A stretch of DNA of 64,000 bases from Actinomycetota bacterium (GTDB lineage Bacteria > Actinomycetota > Geothermincolia > Fen-727 > Anoxymicrobiaceae), in NCBI GenBank assembly GCA_043807425.1, contig JAZDFZ010000067.1, positions 12,545 to 76,544 on the forward strand, given 5' to 3'. The position numbers and the translations under genes are program-made. Shown piece after piece: positions 26,197 through 35,540 of the stretch (positions within the stretch are counted from its first letter, which is position 1; every line of letters starts with the position of its first letter). The notes under the pieces were generated by a model, which had not been told where the DNA came from, did not search any database, and saw only the letters and a program-made list of their open reading frames with translations.

Positions 26197-27444
26197 TCAG
26201 CGACCCAGGCTCTTGAACAGGTGCAGGTAGTCGAGGACATGCCTTGTTGTCAGGAAGTCCCTTCTTACCGTTTCCCTTCCCGCCCTCCCGAAACTCTCCC
26301 TCAAGCCGGGGTCGTTCAGGAGGAGCAGCACCTTCTCGGCGCACTCCACCACCGAATCTACGAGGAAACCGGAGATCCCGTCGGTCACCTGGAGTGGTAT
26401 CCCCCCGACGTTCCCGGCCACCACGGCCTTTCCCTTCCAGAGGGCCTCACTCACGGTCAGCCCGAACCCTTCCCTGATGGACTTCTGCAGGACCACGGCG
26501 GCTGCCACCTGGAAGGCGTTGACGCCGACGTTGCCGATTCCGTGGGCGTTTGTCAGGAGGAAGACCCCGTCGAGCCCTTCGGCGCGCCTGGACGCCTTCT
26601 GGAAATAGTAGAATCCCTCGGGATCGTCCTCGGCCATGCTGCCGATGAGGACCAACTGCAGGTCGGGTATCGCGGCCCTGGCCAGGAGGTACGCCTCGAT
26701 GACCCCGATGGGATCCTTCCAGGGATCGAAGCGCGAAACCTGGAGCAGGTACGGTCTGCCCGGGTCCACCCCGTAGCGCGCGACCACGGACGCCGCGATC
26801 TCGAGCGACAGCGGAATGTTCTTGGGGCTCGTCGGGTCGATAGACGGCGCGATGGTGAAGCCGGGGATACCGAGGTCCTCCGGTATGTAAGCCGCGGTGG
26901 TAAAGACGGCCGCGGAGTAATGATCCAGCAGCCCTTCGATGAATCGCCAGGCCTCGACGACCGGCGCACTGAGGTCGAGGTGGCACCGCCAGACCCACTG
27001 GCCTTTCCGCCCCCCGGATCTGTCCAGGAACATCGGGATTGCTGCCGGTTGAGGATCGTGGACGATGACGAAATCGTAGTCGTTCAGGAACGCTTCGGCG
27101 TTGGCCTCGTTCACGGCGAAGTACTTCTCGGTCATCTCCGGTACCCACTCCGCGCCCATGCCCTGAAGGGCGTTGTGGAGGATCTTCGTGACGGTGAAGA
27201 AATCGTCATCCCTGTCCAGCACGAACCAGTCGGCATCCAGGCCGAGGTCGCGCATGAGGGGCACGATGGTGTAGAGGAGTTCGGCGACCCCCCCGCCGTA
27301 GGGCGTGCTCGAAACATTCAGCACCCTGGAGCCCTCCAGGTCGGACGCTTCCGTGCGGAGGACGTCGACGGCCTCGAATCCGACAAACGGCACGTAGTCG
27401 TCGAGCGACGACCGGGGAAGCGGGACAGCCTTCAACAGGACCAC
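26197..27444 (-). CDS. TreT-like GT4 glycosyltransferase (trehalose glycosyltransferring synthase family)
   Basis: N-terminal LNVSSTPYGGGVAELL typical of TreT/GT4. C-terminal E-x7-E-like GT4 region GFGLTVSEALWKGKAVVAG. 46 nt upstream of the TPS/TPP gene. Confidence 0.65.
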   Translation of the reverse strand: MVLLKAVPLPRSSLDDYVPFVGFEAVDVLRTEASDLEGSRVLNVSSTPYGGGVAELLYTIVPLMRDLGLDADWFVLDRDDDFFTVTKILHNALQGMGAEWVPEMTEKYFAVNEANAEAFLNDYDFVIVHDPQPAAIPMFLDRSGGRKGQWVWRCHLDLSAPVVEAWRFIEGLLDHYSAAVFTTAAYIPEDLGIPGFTIAPSIDPTSPKNIPLSLEIAASVVARYGVDPGRPYLLQVSRFDPWKDPIGVIEAYLLARAAIPDLQLVLIGSMAEDDPEGFYYFQKASRRAEGLDGVFLLTNAHGIGNVGVNAFQVAAAVVLQKSIREGFGLTVSEALWKGKAVVAGNVGGIPLQVTDGISGFLVDSVVECAEKVLLLLNDPGLRESFGRAGRETVRRDFLTTRHVLDYLHLFKSLGR

Positions 27445-27544
27445 CCGTTACCCGTCACGGTCGAGATGGTATTGAAATCAACTGCCTGTGGGTTTGTGGG
27501 ATCGAGGTGCGGTAGGATCTCATTCCTTTCGACTTGTGGAAGCA

Positions 27545-27573
27545 ACATTACCTTAAATGGCTTAATAATTCAA
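27545..27573 (-). promoter_or_regulatory. candidate sigma-70 promoter (TTGAAT-N17-TAATGT on the minus strand) for the treT-like/TPSP operon
   Basis: Found in a local AT-rich island. -35 is the reverse complement of 27568-27573; -10 is the reverse complement of 27545-27550. Confidence 0.35.
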
Positions 27574-27601
27574 ATACATAAGGATATCCGAGGGCCCAGT
27601 G

Positions 27602-28723
27602 TCAGGTGTGACCGCCGAAGAGAACCCTGTTGGCGTATCTCAGCCCCGGGTGCCGGCAGGCCCGGACCGCAAGTTGACAGATGATCCATGTAAGGGGCGC
27701 CACCAACACCACTTTCGCCCAGAAGATGTCCGGCATACCCACGCGGCCCCAGAGCGCCAGCAGGCAGCTCAGCACCAGGAGGTGAGATAGGTAGATACCG
27801 TACGTGTCCCTTCCCGAGTCGACGATATATCCGGGCGGTTTCCCCGGCCTGTCAAGGCGGTACAGAAGGACCAGGACGAAGTTGGCCGCGACGAACTGGA
27901 ACGGCAGGCCGGCAAGCAAGAAGTACTGCCTGGCATCGTAGCCGTAGACGTGCGCCTCGCGGAGAAGCTCGAGGAAGTAGACGCCGAACGCCAGCGCCGT
28001 GGCCAGCCCCATCGGAATAAGCCGCCGGCTCATCCTCTCGAACACCTCGAAATGGTCGCACAGCCACATGCCCCAGAAGAAGAACAGTCCCCAGGCGATG
28101 AATATCTTGCCATAGTGCCACTCGAAGAAGCTCTTGTCCGGACCCGAGAGACGCAGTATCACCTCGGAGGAGAGGTAGAAGAGGAACGAGCCGACCGCGG
28201 ACGCGACGAGAACGTAGTTCAGGTTCCTCCGACAGAGACGGCGTTGGAGGAGCGAGTAAATGAAGAAGAACTGAATGAGTACGAACACGAAGTACATCTG
28301 CATGTACCCGGTGGTGAGCTGAAACAGCGTGTTCCAGGTGAGGATCGGTTGGTCCTGCAGGAAGTAATACATGAGCATGTAGATGACGTTCCAGGCGAGG
28401 AAGGGGATCACCAGGACACCCAGGGCGCGCTTCCAGAACGCCTTCCTCTCGAACCTGCCCCCAAGGGATTTGTAGCCGCGCCTCAGCAGGAAGCCCGAGA
28501 CTACGAAGAAGCCCGGTACCACGAATCGCAGGAGGGCGGAAAAAAGGATGGAGACCCAGCTTTGAGCGGTCTTTGCCGTATACGAAAGCTCGGCGGTATG
28601 TGCAAGTACCACGCCTGCAATGCCGAGGGTCCTGTAGACCTCTACCCAACGGAGGTCCCTTGTCGCAGCCTGTCTTCCGGGGACCGCTCGCCCCCGGTAC
28701 CGCTGAACCGTCCCTTGACTCAT
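27602..28723 (-). CDS. acyltransferase family 3 (OafA/YrhL-like membrane O-acyltransferase)
   Basis: ~10 TM helices. Conserved N-terminal RDLRWVEVYRTLGIAGVVLAH pattern of acyltransferase_3. ATG 28723 has AAAGGA SD. Confidence 0.7.
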   Translation of the reverse strand: MSQGTVQRYRGRAVPGRQAATRDLRWVEVYRTLGIAGVVLAHTAELSYTAKTAQSWVSILFSALLRFVVPGFFVVSGFLLRRGYKSLGGRFERKAFWKRALGVLVIPFLAWNVIYMLMYYFLQDQPILTWNTLFQLTTGYMQMYFVFVLIQFFFIYSLLQRRLCRRNLNYVLVASAVGSFLFYLSSEVILRLSGPDKSFFEWHYGKIFIAWGLFFFWGMWLCDHFEVFERMSRRLIPMGLATALAFGVYFLELLREAHVYGYDARQYFLLAGLPFQFVAANFVLVLLYRLDRPGKPPGYIVDSGRDTYGIYLSHLLVLSCLLALWGRVGMPDIFWAKVVLVAPLTWIICQLAVRACRHPGLRYANRVLFGGHT

Positions 28724-28827
28724 GGCCCGGGTTCCTTTCTGCGTGTCGAACACGGCTCCCGGAACGCCAGTTCTACGACAAACGTTCTCGAGGCGGCGGG
28801 GCGACACCTGAGGCATGCACGTGCGGG

Positions 28828-31800
28828 CTACGGCGAGAAACCCACCACGTCGCTACCGCCCGTCCACCCCTGGTAGTCGAAGTACATGGGACGCTCGACC
28901 ACGATCTCCCGGCCGTTGAGCGACTCCACCATGCACGAGAAATCGTGGGCCGGGTCGTCGCCCGTGCCGAGTATTTCAGTCACGCTCACGGTGCGGCGCG
29001 AGTGGGCACCGACTTCGATGGCCTGTTCACGCGTGGACCCGTCTCCCAGCATGTAGGTTATCCTCACCTCCGCCTGGGCCAGACCCGGGTTCTCGATGGT
29101 GAGATAGGGAATGAAGCCCGGCCTGCATGTACCCTCCGCGAAGTAGAACGCCGGCGCGGGCGCGAGCGCACCCACCACGTCGGAGCCTCCCGTCCATCCC
29201 AGCCCCTCTTCCGTACCGTAGCAGAAGTACATGGGGCGCTCGGCCACGATGTCTACGTTGTTCAGGCTCTCGACCCTGCAGGAGAAGTCGTGGGCCGGGT
29301 CGTCGCCCACGCCGAGCAGGTCCCGCACCGAGACGGTCGAACGGGTGGTAGCGGGAACCGTAAGCGCCTGTTGACGAATGCCGCTGTCGCCGAGCCAGTA
29401 GGTGATGAGCACTTCCGCCTCAGTCCGTCCGGGGTTCTGTACGGTGAGGTAGGGCTGGAAGCCCGGCCTGCACGTGCCCTCGGCGAAGTAGAACGACTCC
29501 GCGGGGGAGGCGGCCCCGACCACGTCGGATCCTCCCGTCCAGCCGAGGCCCTGCGGTACGCCATAGCGGAAGTACATGGGCCGCTCCGCCACGATCTGCT
29601 GCGTGCCGGCGCTCTCGACCTCGCAGGAGAAGTCGTGGGCCGGGTCGTCTCCCTCTCCCAGCACGTCCTTGACGGCGATGGTCGAGCGGGTGGTGGGGTT
29701 GACGGCCAGGTTCTGCAGCGCGGTCGATCCGTCGCCCTTCATATAGGTTATCCTCACCCGGGCCTCGGATTGTCCGGGGTTCAGTATCGTGAGGTACGGC
29801 TCGAAGCCGGGCCTGCAGGTGCCCTCCGCGAAGTAGAAGGTCCTCGCCGGGGAAGTCGTGCCGACAACGTCGGAGCCGCCGGTCCAGATGCCGTGGTAGT
29901 CGAAGTAGATGGGGCGCTCTACCACCACCTCCCGCGAGTTGGTGCACTCGACCCTGGTCGAGAAATCGTGCGCGGCGTCGTTTCCCTCTCCCAGCACATC
30001 CTTCACGGAGATGGTGGAGCGCGTTGTGGCGGGTACGGTTATTTCCTGCTGTTGGGTGGTGCCGTTCCCTTTTATGTAGGTGACCATCACTTCGGCGCCT
30101 TCGCCGCCCGGGTTCTGCACGGTAAGGTACGGCTCGAAATCGGGACGGCAGGTGCCCTCCGCGAAGTAGAAGGTCGACGCCGTCACCTCGAAGGCGAACC
30201 CGTTGGAGGTGCCCCAGGGAGTCTCGACCTTGATGGGTCCGGAAGACGCTCCACACGGGACGCTGAGGACGACCTCGAAGTCGGACCAGGAGACGTAGTT
30301 GGTCACTGGGGTCCCGTTGAAGGTCACCCGGGAAGAGCCCTTTACCGCCCCGAGGTTGCTGCCCGCCAGCGAGACCGCTGTCCCGGGTGAGCCCCCGGCC
30401 GGTTGAACGCTGTCTATCTCGGGCGGCGAGGGGGGAGCGGGGTAGACCGTGAACACGTTTTTAAGTGGAGCCGGCATCTCCTCTCCGGTCACGACGTTCA
30501 CGTCGCGCGTCCCCGGCGGAGCGTCGGCGGCGACCGAGAGGCCCGCGCCGGCGTGCGTCGCGTCCGTGACCGTCGTCCCGGTGACGACCACACCCGCGCC
30601 GGAGACGGTCGCCCGGCTGATCCCCTCCTGGAAGTGCGTGTTCTGGCCGAGTACGTCCAGCTCGATGGAGTGCCCCTGTACGACCCCGGTGGGCTCACAG
30701 TCCTTGATGACCGGGGCCGGGGGTACGACCACAGTGAACTCGACGCCGTTGGAGATCCCCGCCGGCGTGGACACTGTAACGGGTCCGGTTGTCGCACCCT
30801 CTGGCACCCGGCAGACCACCTGTCCGTCCGACCAGGAGTCATACTGAACGGCCTCCGTCCCGTTGAAGGATACCGACGAGGAACCCATGCTGTCCCCGAA
30901 GTGTTGACCGGCCACCGTCACATGTGTGCCCACTGATCCGGAGGTGGGGTCGAGAGAGTCGATATGCGGCGGGGAGGGGGGAGCCTGCAATACCTGGAAG
31001 ACACCGGAAAGCGGCGTCGGCGTCTCCGCGCCGGTCACCACGTCGAGGTTGCGGAAACCGGGCGTCGTGTCCGGCGACACTGTTATGCTCGCCATGGCGT
31101 GGTTGTCGTCCGAGACGTGTGTATCGTTGACGGTAATCCCGGGCCCCGAGAAGGTCGCCACGCTGGTGCCGTCGGCGAAGTGCGTGCCGCTCCCGGTGAT
31201 GTCGACGTTGACCGTGTGTCCCTGCACCACCGTAGTCGGGTCGCATCCGGAGATGCGTGGCGTGACCGCGGTCGCGTCGGCCGAGAACTCGCTGGTGTTC
31301 CCTTCCCCGGACGGATCGCCCGCGGGGCTGATCGCGATGGCCGAGACCCCGTCCCCGGGGTCGAGACCGCCGAAGGTGGTCGAGAAGTTGCCGCCTATAT
31401 CGGCGTCGACCGCCCCAAGGAAGGTAAGCCCCTGGCCGTGGCCGCTTGGATCGGTCTTGGATCCGACCTCATATACCTCCACGCTGGAATTCGGCGGGGC
31501 GGTGCCCGCCACCAGGACGTTCCCCCCGGGCGCCAGGAAGCTACACCGGGATATCACTGGGAAGTTGTAGCCCCTGTTTGGCTTGTTGGGGTTGTTGTTG
31601 TTTCCGTCGTTCGGTGTGACCCCGTCTCCTCCGAGGTCGATGCCCAACGCGGAGTTCCCGTAGATGGAGTTCCCGCTTATCCCGTCCCGGTAGGAGCCCT
31701 TGTCCCAGACGACCACGCCTATTCCCTGGTTGCTCGCCACATGGTTACCGATTACCTCGCAACCGACGCTGCCCCTGATGCCGACCCCGTCCTTGACGTT

Positions 31801-33711
31801 GTAGGCGATGGAGTTTCCCGCTCCGCCTGAGCCGCCGACGACGGTGTCGTCGGAGCCGCTCTCGACGTACAGGCCGGTGCCGCCGTTGCCGATCGGGCCC
31901 GAGCCGCCCGCTCCCGTTCCTATGCAGTTACCCAGCACCTCGTTTCCGGCGGACTGGTACACGTGGATACCGTAGCCGCCGTTTCCGGATATGACGTTCC
32001 CCGTCCCAGCCGCCGTGCCACCCACGGTGTTGCCGTCCGTGCCCTGGTAGATGTAGACACCCAGCGAGGTGTTGCCCAGTGCCTGTGTGCCGGTCGCGTC
32101 GGTCCCGATGTAGTTGCCCTCGACCTGCACGCCGGAACACCCGTTGAGGTAGACCCCGGTATGGTTGCCGGATATCACGTTCCGCTCCGGGCCGATGTCA
32201 CCGCCGATGACCACGCCCTGGGAGCCGGCCGCCACCGACAAGCCCCAGTAGTTGCCGATCGCGGCGCTCCCGCCCGCGTTCGTTCCTATCATGTTGCCTG
32301 TCGCGGTGACACCCTTGCAGTCCGAGATGTCGATACCGGACCACCCGTTGCCCGAGATGACGTTGCCCTGGCCCGCGGCCTGGCCCCCGACTGTGACGTC
32401 TCCGGCCGATTTCCATATCTTCACGCCCGCCCAGCCGTTCGCCAGCGCGGCACTCCCGTCCGCGGTCGTCCCTATGCGATTCCCCTGCACGACCAGGCCC
32501 TTGGAACCCTGTACGTCGATGCCGTAGACCGTGTTGCCCGAGATCACGTTCCGCTCATCCGCGCCGGACCCGCCTATGGTGACGTTATTGGAGCTGTCGG
32601 TCAGGCAGATCCCGCTCCACTGGTTGGGGATGGCGACCGTACCCGCGGCGTTCGTCCCGAGCATATTGGCCTTCACGACGGTATCGGGCGAGTACTGGAG
32701 GTTTATCCCCTGCTGTCCGTTCCCGGAGATGACGTTCCCCGCGGCCGCGGTGGTCCCCCCGATGGTCGCTTTGCCCCCGACGTCTATTCCATGCCCGCCG
32801 TTGGGAAGGGCCGTGTTCCCCGCCGCGTTCGTCCCGATGAGGTTTCCCGCCACGGTGTCGCTGGAGAAGAAGGGCTGCACATCCACGCCGTCCCCGTGAT
32901 TCCCTGAGATCAGGTTTCCCGCCCCGGCGGCCGCTCCACCGACCGTGTTGCCGTCGCCGTAGATGCTGACACCGATTCCGGTGTTCGGGACAGCGACCGC
33001 GCCGCCGGCGTCCGTACCTATGTAGTTGCCCTGGATCAAGCAGTTATTGCAGATCACCGCCGACACCCCGTCGCCGTCGTTTCCCGAGATGACGTTCCTG
33101 GCCCCCGGGGTCGTGCCTCCGATCACCGTGCCGCTGGAACCCTCCTGCTGAATGATCACCCCGCAGTCCTGGTTCGGCCGCGCGACATTCCCCGTGGGGT
33201 CGGTGCCGATGTAGCAGCCGTCCACCTGGATGCTTCCATTGCTGAGAATGTAGACCCCGTCCCTGTTCCAGTTGTTGATCACAAACCCGGTCAGCCTGCT
33301 GCCGGCCGTGTCGCTCCAGAAGTAGAGGCCGCCGACGTCCGCACCGGCGCTCGAGCCGTCGAGCTCGACGAGTATAGTAGCCGGAGTGTCGGCGGTCGCC
33401 CTGGCCGAGCCGGGCTGAGTGTAGCCGTCCACGGTAACGAGGTCGGTAAACGCGGGCAGGAACGAGGTGGGGCTAATCGTGTGCACGCCCGGACCGGGTA
33501 TCTGGAACTGTATCGTATCCGCCCCAGGGTTCGAGTTCGCGTCGTCTATCGCCTGCCTGAGGCTGCCCGGACCCGAGTTGTTCGTGTTGGTGACGAGGTA
33601 GGTGGCCGCGCGCGCTTCCGGCGGATGCGCGACGATGGCTGTAACGGCCAGGAGCAGTGCCGCCAGAAGGCAGGCGGCTACCGTCGTCGCGACGATCCTG
33701 GATATCTTCAT
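28828..33711 (-). CDS. giant secreted surface protein: signal peptide + parallel beta-helix (PbH1) region + 2 IPT/TIG-like modules + 4 C-terminal FYFAEGT repeats
   Basis: Signal peptide MKISRIVATTVAACLLAALLLAVTAIVAHPPEARA. ~1000 aa of Gly/Asn/Thr-rich beta-helix turns (NxxxGN, GISGN). Two [C-D/E-P-T...THF domain + IPT/TIG] pairs, then four ~110-aa repeats. GGAAGGAG SD before ATG 33711. Confidence 0.8.
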   Translation of the reverse strand: MKISRIVATTVAACLLAALLLAVTAIVAHPPEARAATYLVTNTNNSGPGSLRQAIDDANSNPGADTIQFQIPGPGVHTISPTSFLPAFTDLVTVDGYTQPGSARATADTPATILVELDGSSAGADVGGLYFWSDTAGSRLTGFVINNWNRDGVYILSNGSIQVDGCYIGTDPTGNVARPNQDCGVIIQQEGSSGTVIGGTTPGARNVISGNDGDGVSAVICNNCLIQGNYIGTDAGGAVAVPNTGIGVSIYGDGNTVGGAAAGAGNLISGNHGDGVDVQPFFSSDTVAGNLIGTNAAGNTALPNGGHGIDVGGKATIGGTTAAAGNVISGNGQQGINLQYSPDTVVKANMLGTNAAGTVAIPNQWSGICLTDSSNNVTIGGSGADERNVISGNTVYGIDVQGSKGLVVQGNRIGTTADGSAALANGWAGVKIWKSAGDVTVGGQAAGQGNVISGNGWSGIDISDCKGVTATGNMIGTNAGGSAAIGNYWGLSVAAGSQGVVIGGDIGPERNVISGNHTGVYLNGCSGVQVEGNYIGTDATGTQALGNTSLGVYIYQGTDGNTVGGTAAGTGNVISGNGGYGIHVYQSAGNEVLGNCIGTGAGGSGPIGNGGTGLYVESGSDDTVVGGSGGAGNSIAYNVKDGVGIRGSVGCEVIGNHVASNQGIGVVVWDKGSYRDGISGNSIYGNSALGIDLGGDGVTPNDGNNNNPNKPNRGYNFPVISRCSFLAPGGNVLVAGTAPPNSSVEVYEVGSKTDPSGHGQGLTFLGAVDADIGGNFSTTFGGLDPGDGVSAIAISPAGDPSGEGNTSEFSADATAVTPRISGCDPTTVVQGHTVNVDITGSGTHFADGTSVATFSGPGITVNDTHVSDDNHAMASITVSPDTTPGFRNLDVVTGAETPTPLSGVFQVLQAPPSPPHIDSLDPTSGSVGTHVTVAGQHFGDSMGSSSVSFNGTEAVQYDSWSDGQVVCRVPEGATTGPVTVSTPAGISNGVEFTVVVPPAPVIKDCEPTGVVQGHSIELDVLGQNTHFQEGISRATVSGAGVVVTGTTVTDATHAGAGLSVAADAPPGTRDVNVVTGEEMPAPLKNVFTVYPAPPSPPEIDSVQPAGGSPGTAVSLAGSNLGAVKGSSRVTFNGTPVTNYVSWSDFEVVLSVPCGASSGPIKVETPWGTSNGFAFEVTASTFYFAEGTCRPDFEPYLTVQNPGGEGAEVMVTYIKGNGTTQQQEITVPATTRSTISVKDVLGEGNDAAHDFSTRVECTNSREVVVERPIYFDYHGIWTGGSDVVGTTSPARTFYFAEGTCRPGFEPYLTILNPGQSEARVRITYMKGDGSTALQNLAVNPTTRSTIAVKDVLGEGDDPAHDFSCEVESAGTQQIVAERPMYFRYGVPQGLGWTGGSDVVGAASPAESFYFAEGTCRPGFQPYLTVQNPGRTEAEVLITYWLGDSGIRQQALTVPATTRSTVSVRDLLGVGDDPAHDFSCRVESLNNVDIVAERPMYFCYGTEEGLGWTGGSDVVGALAPAPAFYFAEGTCRPGFIPYLTIENPGLAQAEVRITYMLGDGSTREQAIEVGAHSRRTVSVTEILGTGDDPAHDFSCMVESLNGREIVVERPMYFDYQGWTGGSDVVGFSP
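28831..30171. repeat. four tandem intragenic ~333-345 bp repeats encoding FYFAEGTCRPGF...GDDPAHDFSC...ERPMYF...WTGGSDVVG modules
   Basis: Repeat units at 28831-29148, 29149-29493, 29494-29838 and 29839-30171. Protein identity between units is roughly 60-75 %. Confidence 0.8.
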
Positions 33712-33938
33712 TGCAGGGCTCCTTCCATGGGGCGGGTGTCAGGGCACCGCCCGCCGAACAGTCACCGGCGTTATTCTATCAATTAATAATGAAGTGTTTT
33801 AAGTATTGGAGTATCCGGGGGCACGTGGAGGAGCTTTCCAGGGAGGCTCCTCCCGGTTCTTGAGCCCGGGACTTCAGTATCGTCAATCGCCTTTGACGGC
33901 GGACTGAATGCCGCCCGCGGTTTACTACTACTACCCGG

Positions 33939-35540
33939 TTACTTCAGGACGGTCCGCAGGGTCCTGAGCCAGGCTCTCGGGCTGTAGACCTTCGAGTAGA
34001 GCGCGGGGACCTCCCTGTCCACGCCGAGCAGCGAGTAGACGGCGATCATCCCGCATCTGACCGATGATTCTACGAGCATCACGCACTCTCCGCTCTCCGT
34101 GAACTGACCCATGAAGGCGAGGTTGGTAGAGCCCGCGGGGATCACCGGGGGCCGGTCGCTCCTCTTCCTGGTCAGGAAGTGGCTCATCTCGTAGGGCATC
34201 ATCTGGGGTATGCATGTCGAGGTCTCGATGATGCGCGGCAGCTCCTCCACGAACCCGAACTGGTGGCACACCTCGGTCAGCAGCTCCTCCCCGTTACAGT
34301 CGGACATCCGCTTCTTCACGAAGTCCCCGGTCGCATCCGGGACCAGGCCGCAGCCGCCCCAGATGTAGACGTCGTCAGGCTGGTTGAGGAAGTGGGGGTG
34401 GTGGGGCACCAGAACCGACATGTGCCAGGCCGAGTCCCGGAAGGTGACCATGTCCGCCTGCCCCGGCTTGTTCCCGGTGAACCTCTCGTAACGCTCGAGG
34501 AAAGTCGGGTCCTTGGCCGTGACCACGAAGGTCGGCCACTTGGACTCATCCACGCGGCTGCTGAAGTTGAAGGGGTTGCCCAGCCCGGGGCGCTTGGCCG
34601 CGATGTTCTCCCATAGCGTCCAGGAACCGTCCAGCTTCCCCGTCTCCAGCCCCGGGGCCTCGGTCATGGAGCCGCGGGTGGAGTCGGCCGTCATCGAACC
34701 CACGGTGGCGAACACGTAATCGCCTGTACCGACCGCGATCTTCGTCTCCTCTCCCCGGCGTGCGCAGTGGAGGCGCTCAACGGTCAGCTCGTCGGTGGAG
34801 GGTTTGAAATCCAGGTCGGTGACCTTGCAGCCCATCTGGAAGTCCACTCCCTGCTCGTTCAGCCACTTGATGATGGGGACGACTATCGAGTCGTAGTTGT
34901 GGTGTGGGGTGACCATCTCCGCCGTGCCTTTGACCATCTGGTCGATACCATGCATGAACCTGCGGAGATACCGCCTCATCTCCCCGAGGTCGTTCCACTG
35001 TTCGATCGCGAACATCGAGGAGAAGACCTTCCAGAAGTTGGTCTTGAAGAACGAAGGTGAAAACCAGGAGTCTATGCGCCGGTTCTCGATACGGCTCTCG
35101 GGGGTGAGGATGAGCGACACGGTCTTCGTCCTGTGCCCCCAGTCAAGACCCATGGTGGTCACGTAATCGACCTTACCGTCCCTGTCTATCAGGCGGCCCT
35201 TCACGTCTTTCCTGTGCGTACTGTTGTAGTCGAAGATCTCTTCCTTCACGGTCTTCCCGGGGGCGGTGGGCGAGGGTATCTCCGCCAGGACGTCCCACAG
35301 GCAGTTGAAGACCTCCTTGTTGACTTTCCTGTCCCCGCGCGTGACGTAGAACGTGTCCGCGGAACCGGAGCCGTCCATCGCTCCGCCCAGCACCTCCGTG
35401 GATTCCAGGACGTGGATGTTCTCCCCCGCAATGTGCGCGTCCCTCACGGCGAAGACGGCGGCCGAGAGACCGGCGATGCCTCCTCCGACGATGTAGACGT
35501 TCCTGCTGTCCGTCCCGGCTGCCTGCCCCTTGCCGATCAT
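33939..35540 (-). CDS. oleate hydratase (MCRA/myosin-cross-reactive-antigen family, FAD-dependent fatty acid hydratase)
   Basis: N-terminal FAD motif VYIVGGGIAGLSAAVFAVRDA. 533 aa with characteristic MCRA-family blocks. ATGA overlap with the upstream TetR gene. Confidence 0.8.
   Translation of the reverse strand: MIGKGQAAGTDSRNVYIVGGGIAGLSAAVFAVRDAHIAGENIHVLESTEVLGGAMDGSGSADTFYVTRGDRKVNKEVFNCLWDVLAEIPSPTAPGKTVKEEIFDYNSTHRKDVKGRLIDRDGKVDYVTTMGLDWGHRTKTVSLILTPESRIENRRIDSWFSPSFFKTNFWKVFSSMFAIEQWNDLGEMRRYLRRFMHGIDQMVKGTAEMVTPHHNYDSIVVPIIKWLNEQGVDFQMGCKVTDLDFKPSTDELTVERLHCARRGEETKIAVGTGDYVFATVGSMTADSTRGSMTEAPGLETGKLDGSWTLWENIAAKRPGLGNPFNFSSRVDESKWPTFVVTAKDPTFLERYERFTGNKPGQADMVTFRDSAWHMSVLVPHHPHFLNQPDDVYIWGGCGLVPDATGDFVKKRMSDCNGEELLTEVCHQFGFVEELPRIIETSTCIPQMMPYEMSHFLTRKRSDRPPVIPAGSTNLAFMGQFTESGECVMLVESSVRCGMIAVYSLLGVDREVPALYSKVYSPRAWLRTLRTVLK

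Noticed and set aside
23991-26216. 741-aa plus-strand ORF antisense to the TPS-TPP gene, and 2390-4022 frames overlapping the AOR gene
   Set aside because: No domain signatures and biased Arg/Pro/Gly composition. The opposite-strand products match well-known enzyme families along their full length.
26150-26240. Track start ATG 26240 for the TPS-TPP gene, giving a 44-nt overlap with the TreT-like gene
   Set aside because: OtsA homologs begin near the RIVVVSNRGPV block. An in-frame GTG at 26150 with a GAGAGAGAGGG SD gives a normal N-terminus and a 46-nt intergenic gap, so the 30-codon extension was dropped.
28573-33000. Long plus-strand ORFs (28573-30390, 30964-31830, 31963-32907 and others) antisense to the giant beta-helix protein gene
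   Set aside because: High-GC antisense frames have no start/SD context and no recognisable domains. They lie entirely inside a strongly supported minus-strand CDS, so they are treated as spurious.
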